Below the pieces are notes generated by a model. The model searched no databases. It was not told the DNA's origin and saw only the letters and a list, made by a program, of their open reading frames with translations. This document shows positions 14,725 to 28,961 of a DNA stretch of 64,000 bases, piece after piece. Each line of letters opens with the position of its first letter. The stretch's first letter is position 1. Location of the stretch: the NCBI RefSeq assembly GCF_009914755.1, contig NC_060936.1; one strand, 5' to 3'. Origin of the DNA: the human T2T-CHM13v2.0 reference genome, Homo sapiens. The position numbers and the translations under genes were made by a program.

Positions 14725-14945
14725 AGAATATGGGGTCTGGAATTAGACATACCTGGGCTCGAATACATGTCTGGCCCTGGCACTACATAGCTATGTGAAC
14801 TTGGACAAGCCTCTTAACCCTGAGCCTTAGTTTCTGCATCTATAAAATGGGAATAATAGCAGTATCTATATCATAGCGTTGTTTAGAGGATTAAATAATA
14901 CTGCATGTAAGGTGCTGGAAGGTGTGTGGTAATATTTGTGAAATG
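14725..14945 (+). mobile_element. MIR SINE
   Basis: GCTATGTGAACTTGGACAAG...TGAGCCTTAGTTTCTGCATCTATAAAATGGGAATAATAG. Confidence 0.85.
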
Positions 14946-15009
14946 GTACCCTATGCATATAACATACACAACCTTAGCTAGCAACTCTGAAATAAAAAGT
15001 GAAAAGCCA

Positions 15010-15365
<356 letters not shown>

Positions 15366-15773
15366 TCAAGATCAAGTTCAGAAAAGTTTGCTTTCCAGAT
15401 TTGTATGTTAAAAAAAACCCAGCCTCTCCCTAAGTTATCGATTTCTCTTATGAGCTACAACTTCACAATGTTCTTAGCAATAGCCTCAAATTTAATGACT
15501 CTCAGTCACAGGCAGAGCCATCACAAGTGACACTTGGGAATAGAAATTTCATTTAAAAGGGAGTAGGCTTTCGTATTTAGGAATCGAGGTCACCAAGATA
15601 CTGAAAATTATCTTTAATTTATATTAATTTTACTTATATTTTCATAGGCAAACTGCAATAATGGTATACACAATTCATAGTTTTATGAAGACATGGGTTA
15701 GAAATTCTTATAGAGACTTAATCCTTCTTGCATTAAAAACTTTTAAAATATGTGAATCATGGAATTATTTTAC

Positions 15774-16078
<305 letters not shown>

Positions 16079-16980
16079 TATATTTTACTTTTTAATATCA
16101 TATCCTATATTAGAAATACCAATGTAAACATGTTACTTCCTGTGAAATGTAAAAAATACTTGGGAAATGATTTGATAGGAAATAAATGAGATCTGGGAGC
16201 TGAAAAATTATTTAACAAATTCAGATTTTTTCAAGATATAATTGGGTTTAAGTGTGATTACCAACAGCTTGCAGTTTTTTTAAGTTAATGGGTAAGAAGT
16301 TAAGCAGTCCCTAGGTTATCAACAAATCTGAAATTAACCATTACTTAAAACCAGGATTTAGCAAAAATGACTGGTAAAGATCTCCTCTTATTTTTCTGGT
16401 TCCCACTGTGGAGAAAGTGCCAAGAAACAATAGAGGGGAGGAAAATGGATGAGTCTGGAGCAGCTCTGGCACCGCAGGGGTGATGCATTGTTCATTCAGT
16501 ACATGGGAAAGCAAACATATGGTAGAAAGTGCTTTATAAATCCAAAGGAATTTGTTGTTATTTGTTACTATTATTTGTATTATATTACCATGAATGAGTC
16601 TCTATTTCTCAGAGCAGATTTTTAAAAAGCAGGTTTAAACACCAGTGAGTGTTAAGTTAGGAAAAAACCAAGCAAGGATTTTTTTTTAAAAAAACATAGA
16701 TGGTTATTTAAACAATATGCGAGTTAATGGTAACCTCAGAAACATAATCTTTGAAAGTCTTCAAAAGGTGAGTCTTTCTGGGATGTCTGAACTGCATGCC
16801 TTGCTGAAGGAGAGAGGCCAGCTTTGCATGGTGTCAGGACCTTGTTTTGCTTAAAATCATGCAACTCACTCAGAATCAAGCTATTTGCCTAGAATGCTAA
16901 AATGCTAGAAGAAAATGAAGCATCATTTTACATGTTTTATACAAGAATCATCATTTTGAAAGACGTGTTCAAAACCTGAA

Positions 16981-17087
16981 TCATCCACTAACAATGCTCA
17001 GGAGACCCTCTGTGGCAGTCAATTGTACTTTCTGCACCAAGCGAGATGATGAAAATGTGCAGATATTGGAAAGCCCTGGCTCCTCAT
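16981..17087 (-). CDS. Putative ORF exon E, coding part (DEEPGLSNICTFSSSRLVQKVQLTATEGLLSIVSG*)
   Basis: Acceptor tatcttcttcattgcag|. TGA at 16983-16981. Confidence 0.4.
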
Positions 17088-17305
17088 CTGCAATGAAGAA
17101 GATATACTGTACACATACACCCATATACCACTGGAAACGGATAGGATGTGTTATCCCTCAGGACTGTATGTTTTCTTTAAAAATTCTTATTGTTTCATTA
17201 ATTCAACAAATATGTATTCGTCAATGACCATATGTAGGACTGAGTTAGGAACTGTAGGAAACACAAGGGAATCGGTTATGGACGCCTTTCTTCAATAGCT
17301 TAGAG

Positions 17306-17833
17306 CAGAGGTCCCCAATCCCTGGGCTGTGGATGGGTGCAGGTCTGTGGCCTGTTAGGGACTGGGGCTCACAGCAGGCGGTGAGCAGTGGGCAAGCAAG
17401 CAAAGCTTCATCTGTATTTACAGCTGCTCCCCATGGTTCGCATTACTGCCTGAGCTCTGCCTCCCATCAGATCAGCGGTGGCACTAGATTTTCATAGAAG
17501 CACGAACCCTATTGTAAACTGTGCGTGCGGGGGTTCTAGATTGCACACTCCTTATGATAATCTAGCACCTGATGATCTGCCACTGTCTCCCATCACCCAC
17601 CAGATGGGACCGTCTAGTTGCAGAAAAACAAGCTCAGGGGTCTCACTGACTCTACATTGCGGTGAGTTGTATAATTATTTCATTATATATTACACTATAA
17701 TAATAATAGAAATAAAGTGCACAACAAATGTAATGCACTTGAATCATCCTGAAACCATCCCCCGCTTCCTGGTCTGTGGAAAAATTGTCTTTGATGAAAC
17801 TGGTCCCTGGTGCCAAAACGTTGGGGCCTGCTG
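17306..17833 (+). mobile_element. MER1A (hAT-Charlie non-autonomous DNA transposon)
   Basis: TIRs CAGAGGTCCCCAA / GTTGGGGCCTGCTG, about 528 bp. 8-bp TSD GCTTAGAG/ACCTAGAG. Confidence 0.88.
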
Positions 17834-17848
17834 ACCTAGAGTCTGGTC

Positions 17849-18050
17849 CAGGGTTTCTCAACCTCACACTGTTGTCATTTCTTTGTTGTGGGGGGTTTCT
17901 GTGCATTGTAGGATCTTTAGCAGCTACCCTCGCCTCTACCTACCGGCTGCCAGTAGTACCCCCCGTCTTGAGTTGTAGCAACCAAAACCATCTTCAGACC
18001 TTACTAAATATTCCCTGGGGGACAAAATTGTCTCCATTTGACAACCACTG
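17849..18050 (+). mobile_element. MER20 (hAT-Charlie)
   Basis: CAGGGTTTCTCAACC...TGTGCATTGTAGGAT.TTTAGCAGC...TTGACAACCACTG. Confidence 0.8.
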
Positions 18051-19339
18051 GTCTTTTACAAATGATAAAACATATGCACACTTAACACAAAGATAGCAAA
18101 TGATGACTGACAGGAAAGAAATACAGATAAACAAACGCTGTAGACATTCACAGGAGGCAATAATCACTTTCAGCTGAAGGCTTGCTGGGCAAGGAAGTGT
18201 TTACATTAGGCCTTGAGGAATTCCCAGGATTTAGAAATACAATTAAGAGGGCATTCCAGATGGAGGAAACAGCAGATACCAAGGAATTGAGGTACAGATG
18301 GAGTAGTTAGGAGTTTTGTTGGAAATCACATCAGATTGGCTATTGGGGCAGATCCTGGAGGATCAGATCCTCTGATTAAGGAGGGCATATTCTGCAGTGA
18401 TGGGGACACAGCACAGTGCCTTAGTTCTGACTGGGACAATCCCCTATGGGTAAACTGTAGGTAAGATGTATTGGAGGTGAAATTAGGATGTTGAGAGCTG
18501 GATGGCAGGGTTGCCATGGACAGCAGATTACCAAGAGTCTAAGGAGACATTGTGAGTGTCAAGACTAGGAGAATATGGACCTTAGAAACATTTCAAAGTA
18601 AACTCAAAAAGACTAGGAGTAAAAATGAAAGAGGAATCAAATACGACCTAGCTGTTTGAAGCTTGGAGGTTATTATTAATAGAAATGGAAACTGTTGGAG
18701 AAAAGGAAAGTTAAGATTAGAGGGAGATAAATTCACTTGGGTCATGCTCAATTTGAGATGCCAGCAGGATACAGTGGTGAATATATCGAGGGCATTGGAA
18801 AACCCATTTCTGAGGTTTGGGAGGGAGATCAGAGCAAGGGGAAGATTTTGGAACAATAGGCTCTCATGGCTGTTTCCTCCTCTCTCTGTCACTATTTCTT
18901 ACTTTATTTTTCTAGCTCTTCTTTCTTTTCCTTCCTCTGAATCTGTTGTTACTTGTTACTTCTCTTTCTCTATTATTCTTTGAATAATAGTAAGAAGAAG
19001 AAGAATAACAGCTGTCATTAGGTAAGCAACTGTTACATTGCAGGCAAGGAATGGTGTTTCCTGATGTCTTTGTCCTTCCTCCCACCAGTGTGTTCCTTCA
19101 GCTCACCTCCAGCCAGCACATCAGCCTCTTTTATTCCTAGAAAATACCTTACTTGTATTGCTAGTCTCATTTAACCTCTTTATAACTATCAGGTAAGGTC
19201 AAACTTATTATTTCCATTTTCAGATAAGAAAATAAAGGCCCAAATATATTAGATTAGTTCCCATGGACCTGACTGGTAGGTGACACAGATGATATTCACA
19301 CACTGATCACACACTGAGATTATTCTCTTTCCACTAGAA

Positions 19340-19665
19340 CAGGTATGGGTAAATTACTGCCTGTGGGCCAAATCAGACCCCCTCACCTGCTTTTCTATAG
19401 CCTATGAGCTAATAATGGTTTTTACAGAAAAGAATCAAAGAATAAATGATAATGTTTTGTGACATGGGAAAATTATATGAAATTCAAATTTGTGTCCATT
19501 AAAGAAGTTTTACTGGGACACAGTCACACTCATTTGTTTGTGTATTGGCTGTGGCTGCTCTTGCCTTACAATGGCAGGACTGACTAGATGTGACAGAAAT
19601 TCTATGTCTCACAAAACCAAAAATATTTACTCTCTGGTCCTTTGCAGAAAGTTTGCCATTCCCTG
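19340..19665 (+). mobile_element. MER58B-like hAT element
   Basis: GCCTGTGGGCCAAATC...AAAATATTTACTCTCTGGTCCTTTGCAGAAAGTTTGCC..CCCTG. Confidence 0.75.
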
Positions 19666-20210
19666 CTGTGTGCTCCTTCTGGGCACGTCATTGAATCTAT
19701 GGATTCAACTATTGCCTCTGTGCACGAACTCTCATGCTGGAATGAAACAGAAGAAAGAGGAGAAATGGCACCCTCCCCCACACCAAGTTATAATAGTCCC
19801 ACCAATAAAATCCCAACAACGCAGACAGGGAACACATTACACCTGTCAAAAAAGTGGCAGAATCTGAAGCATGGTAGTCAGTGGAACCGGCCACAGTCAT
19901 TGTGACACACAATTTATCAGTGTGTCTTTTTCTTTTCCTGAGGTAGTAAAAACATCATATATATTTTTCAAGATGCAAAATAAAAACCTATAAAATCTAT
20001 GATGACTGAGAAAAGAAAATAAATCTTATTTCAATAAAGCTGGAGGGATTAGCAGATGCCCTGAGTGCCCCCACACTCAAAGCACAGTGTGTGGTATGAA
20101 CTCATTTAAATAAATATTTGCTGAAAAATGAATGTATGAAAGCAGAAAGGAGGGGCTAACCCAATACAAAAATCAGCATAAGGGAAAATAATATTTAGGA
20201 GGTAAAACCC

Positions 20211-20586
20211 TGTATCAGGCCATTCTTGCATTGCTATAAAGAAATACCTGAGATTGAGTAACTTATAAAGAGAAGAGGTTTAATTGGCTCACAGTTGTGC
20301 AGTCTGGATAGAAAGCATGGTGCCAACATCTGCTTGGCTTCTAGAGGAGCCTCAGGAAGCCTACAATCATGGCGGAAGGTGAAGCAGGAGCAGGCACTTC
20401 ATATGGCAAAAGCAGGAGAGAGGGAGAGAGAGAGAGAGGAGTGTAGGAGGGTAAGTGCCACACCCTTTAAATGACCAGATCTCATGAGAACTCACTCACT
20501 ATCATGAAGACAGCACCATACTGTGAGGGATCCACCCCAGTAATCCAAACACCTTCTACCAGGCTCCACCTCCAACATTAGGATTA

Positions 20587-20617
<31 letters not shown>

Positions 20618-20759
20618 GAGACAGAGTCTTGCTCTGTCGCCCAGGCTGGAGTGCAGTGGCTTGATCTCGGTTCACTGCAACCTCTGCCTCCCAGGTTCAA
20701 GTGGGAATTACATTTTAACATGAGATTTGGGGGCGGTGACAAATACCCAAACTGTATCA
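20211..20759 (-). mobile_element. MSTA/MSTB MaLR solo LTR containing a truncated Alu
   Basis: Begins TGTATCAGGCCATTCTTGCATTGCTATAAAGAAATACCTGAGA. Perfect TSD AACCC at 20206-20210 and 20760-20764. Confidence 0.9.
20589..20703 (-). mobile_element. Severely 5'-truncated Alu (right-arm 3' part)
   Basis: About T29 plus about 85 nt of Alu. TSD GGATTACATTTT/GAATTACATTTT. Confidence 0.88.
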
Positions 20760-22209
20760 AACCCTATACCTGAGACGTTCCTTTTCTAAGAATAAAGAAG
20801 GTCAGTGAGCTGGAGATAAACCAAAGGTACATGTTGGTGGAGAGGAGGGAGAAGGACAGGCAGGCAGAAGGCAATTACAATCTCCAGTATTCCAAGAACA
20901 CTCATGTTTCAGAGTTTCCAAAGCTTGCCTCCCAGGTGCTGAGCTTGCCTCTGAGTGCAGCTTCTAATTTTCCATTTATTTTTCCTTCCTTCATCTTCCT
21001 TCACAGAAGATAATTTGTTCACATTTTTTTTTGCAAATGAGATGACAGAATGCAATGCATATTCCAATGGCATACTTGAAGAGTTTTAGATCTTCTCTAG
21101 TTTTAGAATCATGTGTAAGCTGTTTTAGGGCCTATACATATTTGCTTCAGAAATGTATCATGAACATTAATTGATATTTTTCTATTTCATTATTGCTTTC
21201 GGAGAATTTGCTGCCCACTTTAATAACTGAAAATTTCTAATATAATTACTTAGTTATGGTTAATTTTTCTTAAACAAAATTGTAATCTTTTGCAGAATTC
21301 ACTTTAAAAAAAGATATAATCAATTCATTGCCATGTTCTTAAAGATTGGGTGCCCAGCCAGCTTTTGTGAGGCAGAACAGACCGGAATCTTTTCCACCTG
21401 TACATCTTGACAAAGTTTTCTTTGAGTATATCTTCTTTCCTTCTTTTAAATCTATTATCTTTCGTTACCTATGGCCCTTCTCTGTCTGTTTCTCTTTACT
21501 CTGTTTTCCTTATTTCCTTAATGCAGGGACAATGCTATTCATCTCTACATCCCTCACATAGTAGTTGCTCAATAAATGCTTGATATAGTGATGGATGCTT
21601 TTGTTCTTCCTTTTTGTCCTCTTTCATCCATCTCCTTCCTCACACTCCTCCTGTTTTGCTCAGAGGGAATAATATACATTTACTAAGTCATAACCTTAGT
21701 CCCTTATATGATTCTGCTTTGCCAAAGAACTTTGTGCCCATCTGTTACCCATCTGGTTAGTGTCATCTTTTGGTCACACCAATCTTTACCCTGATGATAT
21801 CCAACTTCCCTAGCTTCTAGCCCTAACCCAACACTTCCCAATGTATGTTCTGTGGAACACATTAATGAGATATTAATTTGTCTAATGTAAAAAACAATTT
21901 GTGATCAAATTAGAGAAATATGTTGTAAAACATTTAAATTATTTGTAGTGAGATTTTTCAAGTCTTTCAATATGCAAATGAGCAATGAGAATCTTTAAGA
22001 GCAGGTATAGAATGCAGTACTTTTTAGATGTTTGACCAAAGAATTTCTCTCCCTCTTCCCCCAACAAAGAACTTCTCAACGGACGCAATTTGCAAAATGC
22101 AAAATGCAAAATGTTTGTACTCCTCACTTAGGATACAGACATCTGCTGGACTAAGTTTATCCCCTGCCAGGAAAAGGGACTGAAATTGACATTGAAATTC
22201 AATAAGGGA

Positions 22210-22445
22210 ATTAATATTTATTGAGAATCTCTTCCGTTGCAGACACTATGCCAGGAACTTCAAAAATATATATTGACATAATTTTCTCATTTAGTACATA
22301 TCCTTCTGTTAATACTATGAGGCTGATATTATTCCCATTTTATAGATAGTGAAACAGTAGCTCAGTTGGTTAACCTAGCCATGGCCAACTAGCTAGTAGG
22401 TGGCAGACCCAGCATTCCAGCCTACATTTGTTTGAAACTAAAGCC
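22210..22445 (-). mobile_element. MIR SINE
   Basis: ATTATTCCCATTTTATAGATAGTGAAACAGTAGCTCAG...AGCTAGTAGGTGGCAGA. Confidence 0.75.
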
Positions 22446-22556
22446 AGAACATTTTCCTTTCCACTTGGCTGCTTGAGGAACTGTGGCAACTATCAGCCAA
22501 CCTATCTCATATGTAACAGTAAAAATAGGCACAAACACAATTTTTTAAAATTAAAA

Positions 22557-22883
22557 TTTATTTATTTTAGAGATAGAGTCTCACTTTGTTGCCCGGGCTG
22601 GAGTGCAGTGGCCTGATTATAGCTCACTCTAACCTTGAACTCCTGTGCCCAAGTGATCTTCTCACCTCAGTCTTCTGAGTAACTGGGATTACAAGTATGT
22701 GCCACCATGTCCAGCTAATTTTTTAAAAGATTGTGTAAAGATGGGCGTGGGGGTGGGGGTGGGAAGGCAGAGGGTGGACCTGGCTATGTTACCCAGGCTG
22801 GTCTTGAACTCTGGCCTCAAGTGATCCTCCCATCTTTGTCTCCCAAAGCACTGAGATTACAGGCATGAGCCACCACATCTGGC
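22557..22883 (-). mobile_element. AluJ with G-rich internal insertion
   Basis: J-type ATAGCTCACT...CCTTGAACTCCTG.GCCCAAGTGATC. Extra G-rich block at about 22743-22778. Confidence 0.85.
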
Positions 22884-23198
22884 AAAAACATGACATTTAA
22901 AAAGTTTTAGACCAATTTTGCATAAGGAACTAAGAGAACCAGGCAAGACTACTGGGTATGGTTGTGCAGATTGTACACTGCACCATTCGAGGGGAAGCCA
23001 TGTGACTGGCACCCCCTAAAATAAAGTGCTGTCTTCAACGTCAGCAGCCATATGTGCAGCTCTGGAACAGGAACAGATTGGGAAAGGTAGCCAGGTGCCA
23101 TGGTACTTTGAGTTTTCAGATGCAAATATAAATTTTGAGCAAGAAATTAGGACAGAATGGCAACCAGTTTTAGGAAAATAATATATGTAAAAACTCAC

Positions 23199-23260
23199 CT
23201 CGAAACAGGTAATCAAAACTTGCACATAGTACAGTATTGGCAAGAGAGGACTGGTACATC
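23199..23260 (-). CDS. Putative ORF exon D (RMYQSSLANTVLCASFDYLFR)
   Basis: Acceptor ctcttggcttatcag| and strong donor GAG|GTGAGT. 62 nt. Confidence 0.4.
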
Positions 23261-23769
23261 CTGATAAGCCAAGAGTTTGGAGTCACTTTTTATTATATTC
23301 ATAATCATTATGTTCCTAATATCTATGGATTCACTCTCCTCCCTTTTTTTTTCTTTCTCCTTTTTTCTTTTTACCATCTTCTGTCTTTTCTAGATGTTTC
23401 ATTTGAGCTGCTCTGCTCCCCACTGGTGGCTGAGCCAGGCCTGACCAGGGCAGGAAGGGTGATCAGTAGCCTCACACACAGCAGCTGGTAGAGTCTGAAG
23501 GTCACGCTTGGCCTTCCACCAAGTGTCCAATGTGCTGGGGATTAGCCTCTGAATCACAGCCTTTCCCTTCTCCTGCCATGTTGGCCCAGCCATACAAGAG
23601 GCTCTCTCTGCCCAGCACACAAGTCCCTTGCTGTGACTGGCATTCTGCTGTGAAAACCAGATTACTTATTAGACTTTATCTTCAGTGAACCTTTGACTAA
23701 CTTCTGCATGGGACTGGAATATGATCTGCATACCTTTCATTACTGGCCAAGATTTTCATTGTGCATATT

Positions 23770-23900
23770 GGAAAGCATACAGACTTTGGTGTCAGATACT
23801 CAGAGGAACAAAGTCCAGCCTTAACAATTACTAGCTGTGTCACCTAAGACAAATTACTCAACTTTGCTGGACTTTGCCCTTCTCATCTATGAAAGGGCGT
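23770..23900 (+). mobile_element. MIR fragment
   Basis: GACTTTGGTGTCAGA...TTACTAGCTGTGTCACCTAAGACAAATTACTCAAC. Confidence 0.65.
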
Positions 23901-23989
23901 ATTAAGGAATGGCTCACATGAAGGATATCATCTATATGGGTTTGTATTACTCCTCCCTTGTTTTTCTGAGGAGGTCCCATGGAGTAGAT

Positions 23990-24430
23990 ATTGGTTACAG
24001 TGTTTTCAGTTGCAGGAAATGGTGACTCAATTCAAAGCAATTTAAACAGATAGGATATTTCTTGGCTCATACAAAACAAAATCCAGAGGTAGGACAGCCA
24101 CAAATCTTGTTGATCCTCCTGCTTAATTATGTCATCAATAAACAATGGTCCCTCTGTCTCTCCACACAGCAATCCACAAAGAAGACTTCATCCTAAGGTA
24201 AATGCTCTACTTAGTAGTATGGTTGCTTTGAGTAACAATTGGTGTCATGTGCTTCTCTGTTCACTTCCAGAGGGAAAAATCAACATTTCTCACTGATCTT
24301 TGGAGCCCAAGTTCTTCCTGTTCATTTCCTTGGACCAATTTAAGTCATATGCTCTTCTTGAATCAATAATTTTAGTAGGGAAAGGCTAGATGCTGACTGG
24401 TCTAAGTTCCTGAACCACCACTGGTTAATG
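23990..24430 (-). mobile_element. Old MLT1 (J/K/L-like) LTR
   Basis: TTTCAGTTGCAGGAAAT...ACTCAA...TTGGCTCATACAAAACAAAATCCAGAGGTAGG. Confidence 0.5.
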
Positions 24431-25014
24431 AATCACCATGATTGACTAAGACCAGTAAAAACCATTCCTAACTGTATTGCAGGTATCTAATGTGGAAGGG
24501 GTGGGGTGAAGGTTGAAGAATCAGACTGTACAGGGTGAAACGCTTGAGCTTTGGTTTATATCCCTACCTGGCAAGTACCAATGGGGTTACAATTTCTGAA
24601 CTGCAATTTATCCATCTAGAAATGGGGGATAAAAATAGTACCTCTCTCACTGGCTAGCTTCACAAGATTTGTGACGCCCTTAGCCCTGAGCTTAGCAAAT
24701 TGTTTACAAATTCTAGGTGTTATTATTTCTTTATATGCCTAGAAATGTGGTGCCACTTGCTATATTTGTTTGTTACTTGATTCCTGGATTCCTACCACGG
24801 ACTCCTCTGCACCAGGGTTGCTGAATTCCATCTGCACATTTCATGCCCTCTCTACATTGTACCTCTGACAATTCAGTTGCTCATGAAGGGTTGACTGGAT
24901 TAGTCATTAGTCCCTTCTCTCTTTCAGTACTGCCCCATCAAATCTAGACTTAAAACTCTTAAGTCCTCCCCAGTGACACAGGGTATTGAGGTCCCAGCTT
25001 GCTTTGTGCCAGGG

Positions 25015-25659
25015 TGTGATGGTTGGTTTTGGGTATCAACTTGACCAGATTAAGGGACACCCAGATAGCTGGCAAAACATTATTTATTCTTACTACTTCA
25101 GTAGGCACTGAACTTGTTCCTCAAAGCCAGGTGACTTGGAGTTTGGTTAAATGATTGGGCTGCCCGAGGTGTGAGGACGTTTGCAGAGGAGACTGGCATG
25201 TAAGTCAGTGGGCTGAGTGGAGAATATCCACCTTCAATGTGAGTAGGCACTCTCCAGTTGGCTGAGGGCCTAGATGGAACAAAATGGGAGGGGAAGGATG
25301 ACTTCTTACTCTCTCTTCCAGAGCCAGGATGCCCATATTCTCCTGCCCATGGAGGTTAGACCCCAGATTCTCCCATCTTTGGACCCCAGCACTCACACCA
25401 GTGGACCCTTGGGCTCTTGGACCTTTCGCCTTGAACTGAGATTTACACCATTGTCTTCCTTGGTTCTAAGGTCTTCAGACTTGGACTGAGCACACTGCTG
25501 GCTTCCTTCATTCTCCAGCTCGCTGACAGCCTATCATGGGACTTCTCAGCCTCCATAATCAAGTGAACTAATTCCCCTAATAAGTTCATTTTCCCCTCTT
25601 TCTATATATATACATATCCTATTGGTTCTGTCTCTCTGGCAAACCCTGACTAAATCACA
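25015..25659 (+). mobile_element. MLT2B-like ERVL solo LTR
   Basis: Begins TGTGATGGTTGGTTTTGGGTATCAACTTGAC and ends TCCTATTGGTTCTGTCTCTCTGG.AAACCCTGACTAA.TCACA. Confidence 0.85.
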
Positions 25660-28009
25660 GAGCAAACTCATATTTTGATAATTTTCTTGGTAAGCAAGAA
25701 ATAATAAGTAATGATCATGAACAACTAGCTTGGCAACCAGGGACCTCTATCTATGCCAGAACTAAACATCTCCTATTGTTCTCATTGCTAAGATGCCTAC
25801 TACCCACAAGTGAATATTTGCGTGTGACACCTGCATTTAGGCTAGACCTACTTTATTCACATCCGAAACAATATCATTATTGCATTGCTTAGAGTCTTGT
25901 TTCTTCTTGGAGATAGTGTTGTCAAATATTACATATCCTCACCTGTTTTTAAATTCCCATGGGTTGTACCACTTCTTAAATAGGGTCTTCCTCTTTTGCT
26001 GTGTCACTGTTATCTTGAAATATCAAACAAATTTGGTATTACTTTTTCCATTTACTTTCTTTGATAGCATGCACAATTTTTTTTTTAGTCTAGCCAGTAA
26101 TGTTCTGAAAGATGTAGTGAATTCCATAGGTTTGTTATGTTCTCATATTTTACTTTCTAATCCTTTGTTTCTCTTTCTTGGTCCTCCCCATGGTAGCTTG
26201 GAAGTGACACACAACTGCAGCCCTTTAAAAAAGTAGACTGTGCTTGTGGTGGTGAACAGCTCATGACAATGGCTCTTGGCTGTCCAAACCATTCTAAGAG
26301 GATATGGTGTCTAGTCTGTTGTGAAAGTCCAGGGAGACCCAAAGGCTACAGTGGCAGTTTCAAGCTGGCATATGGATAGGCGTAAAGGTTACAAACAGAT
26401 GGTAGATGGAGTTAGAAGCAAATATTTTCATTTTCAAAACAGCAGACACAGCACCAGGCACCTAAAGGCAGTGTTTCATATTGCAGTGGGGGAAACTTGA
26501 GCTCAGTGGCAGGCTTTGGCATCACCCAAGAGGAGTGGCGAGCTGTCCACAAAGGCAGCATTTGGAAGGGCAACCCTCTCCTCCCTGGGCCACATTCACA
26601 GATGTGCACTGCTGGCGGAGACCCTGCTGGCTAGGATGTAGGTCTGGGAGGGAAGTGGTGTCCTGAGGGCCCAGCCTTAGGACACTTACCCAGCCACAGG
26701 ACTGGGCTTTAGTCACAGATCATATACAGAAATGGCACCAGACAAATGTTGAAAAGAGAATATCTCTCCCCTCATCCCCAGAATTTTGTCTTAAAGAGTA
26801 ACACATGCTACTTGTACGTATGAAGGAGAAATACCAAAACCTAGGTGACAGTTACTGCTAAATTATCAGAAGACCAAAGAGAGGGGGGATTTTACTCACC
26901 TTAACCTACTGGTGTTACTTTCTCCGCTTTATACTGACTTGTGTGCAGCTGCCCCCAGGAAGCATGATGGTCACCTAGAGTCCAGTGTTGTTTAAAAGAA
27001 TCACAGCTGCGTACTTTGATGTAGACAAAAAAGAGAGAGTTGAGTACAGTTAGGGCAGCTGTGTGCATGCAGTGCGTGTGCACATATGGGAGACACACTT
27101 CTCAAAAGGAGACTGTAGACAACACAGCCCTCTTGTGATGAGAACAGCATGGCCCTTTTGCTCGGCTTTCTTTGAGGCTGTGCTGTAAGGGTGCTTCTCT
27201 TTCCAACCCTGTTGGAATCTATAAACTTTCTGGGACCTTGGTCCTTGGCATGTCTGCCTGGGGGTTTTTGCTTAGAGGATACTGCTGCTTATCTTGCTCA
27301 CTCCTGATGGCTCACAGTCTCTTTCTGCTTACTTTTGCATCAGGGCTGAGCTTCTGTGACTCCTTCGGCCCTCCAGCCACTGCGGAAGTTATAAGCCCTC
27401 AAGAGACAGCAGAAAGATTAAAGGGATGAGCCTCTGAAATTGTATGAATCTGGGGCTTTGGGGAGCCGAGCTTGATTTACATTGGAGCTTTGCTGGAATC
27501 ATTTCCCATGGACATATTCAGGAGGCTGTTGGAGGCTTCCACTGCCCTCCTCCTTTTCAAGGTAGCTATTTCAGAAAGTTAATTAACCTGGGATAGTTCC
27601 CTCCTTTGGAGCTTGAGAGAGACCCAGAATTTGTCTTTTTAAAATGACCCATATCCTGGAAAATGGGGAAGACAAATCCTCATCTTCATCCTCTTTTATC
27701 TTAGTAGGCTCATTTTTTTCTTCAACTCACGATAATAATTTAACTCCCCTCTTTTAGATTTATTAACGTACATATTTATTAGTTGCTTGTTTTGTACAAA
27801 TTGCTATGTTAGGGACTCTGAAGAATATAAAGAAGTAGAAAACTCGGTCTTTGACCTCAAGGAATTTGCAATCTTAATGTGATTATAAAACTTGAAATGA
27901 TAACTGACACATTTTAGACTATGTTAAGTCTCAGATGACTGGAATAGGTGACAAATGCCGTAAGAATTTCAGCACATATTTCCCTCTCTCTCATCTTTGT
28001 CTTTAGAGT

Positions 28010-28215
28010 TAAGCAGTGTGAGTCTGAATCTTGAGTCACACTCCTGTGTGACCTTGGACAAGTCACTTGTCCTTTCTAAGCCTCAGTTTTTCATCTGCAA
28101 AAGGGGAAGAAATAATGCGAGCCTCTCAGGAGTTGACTGAATTAAATAATGTATAAAAAGCATTTAACACCTTCCCTTGCACATACGAGTGCTCAATAAA
28201 AACTGTTATTATTGT
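28010..28215 (+). mobile_element. MIR SINE
   Basis: CTGTGTGACCTTGGACAAGTCACTT...AGCCTCAGTTTTTCATCTGCAAAA. Confidence 0.8.
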
Positions 28216-28653
28216 TAGTTACCTAGCAATTTTATGTACTCCTCAATGCTGTGAGTAGACATATGAGAGAAAGCTCACAGATACTGACTGCATGGCTAAT
28301 ATAACATTTTCAGACTTTTCAGTGATGTCTGCCTCTATGGAGCTGAAACAATATTTAAACTCTCAGTATCCCTTGCTTTCCACTCTCTCCATGGTTTAAT
28401 CACTAAAATAAATATGGGGTAATTAAATAAGTTGACCCAAGGCTATACCAAATGAAGTGACCCAGACCCTGGACAGCTATCGATAAGGACAGAGTCAGAG
28501 GGGAGAGGTGGCAATCCTAATAGAGGAAAGATATTTCATAAAGCCAGCACCAATCCCTGCATTCATGGAGGGTGGTAGGAGAGAAGGAACATACAGGAGT
28601 TCCTAAGTCTTATTTTAACCTGTTGCGTGCCATGTTATATTTCTGTTCCTTAA

Positions 28654-28961
<308 letters not shown>

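Noticed and set aside
16765-16773. Plus-strand donor AAG|GTGAGT suggesting an antisense gene
   Set aside because: It is an isolated motif, and I could not build a consistent plus-strand exon chain.
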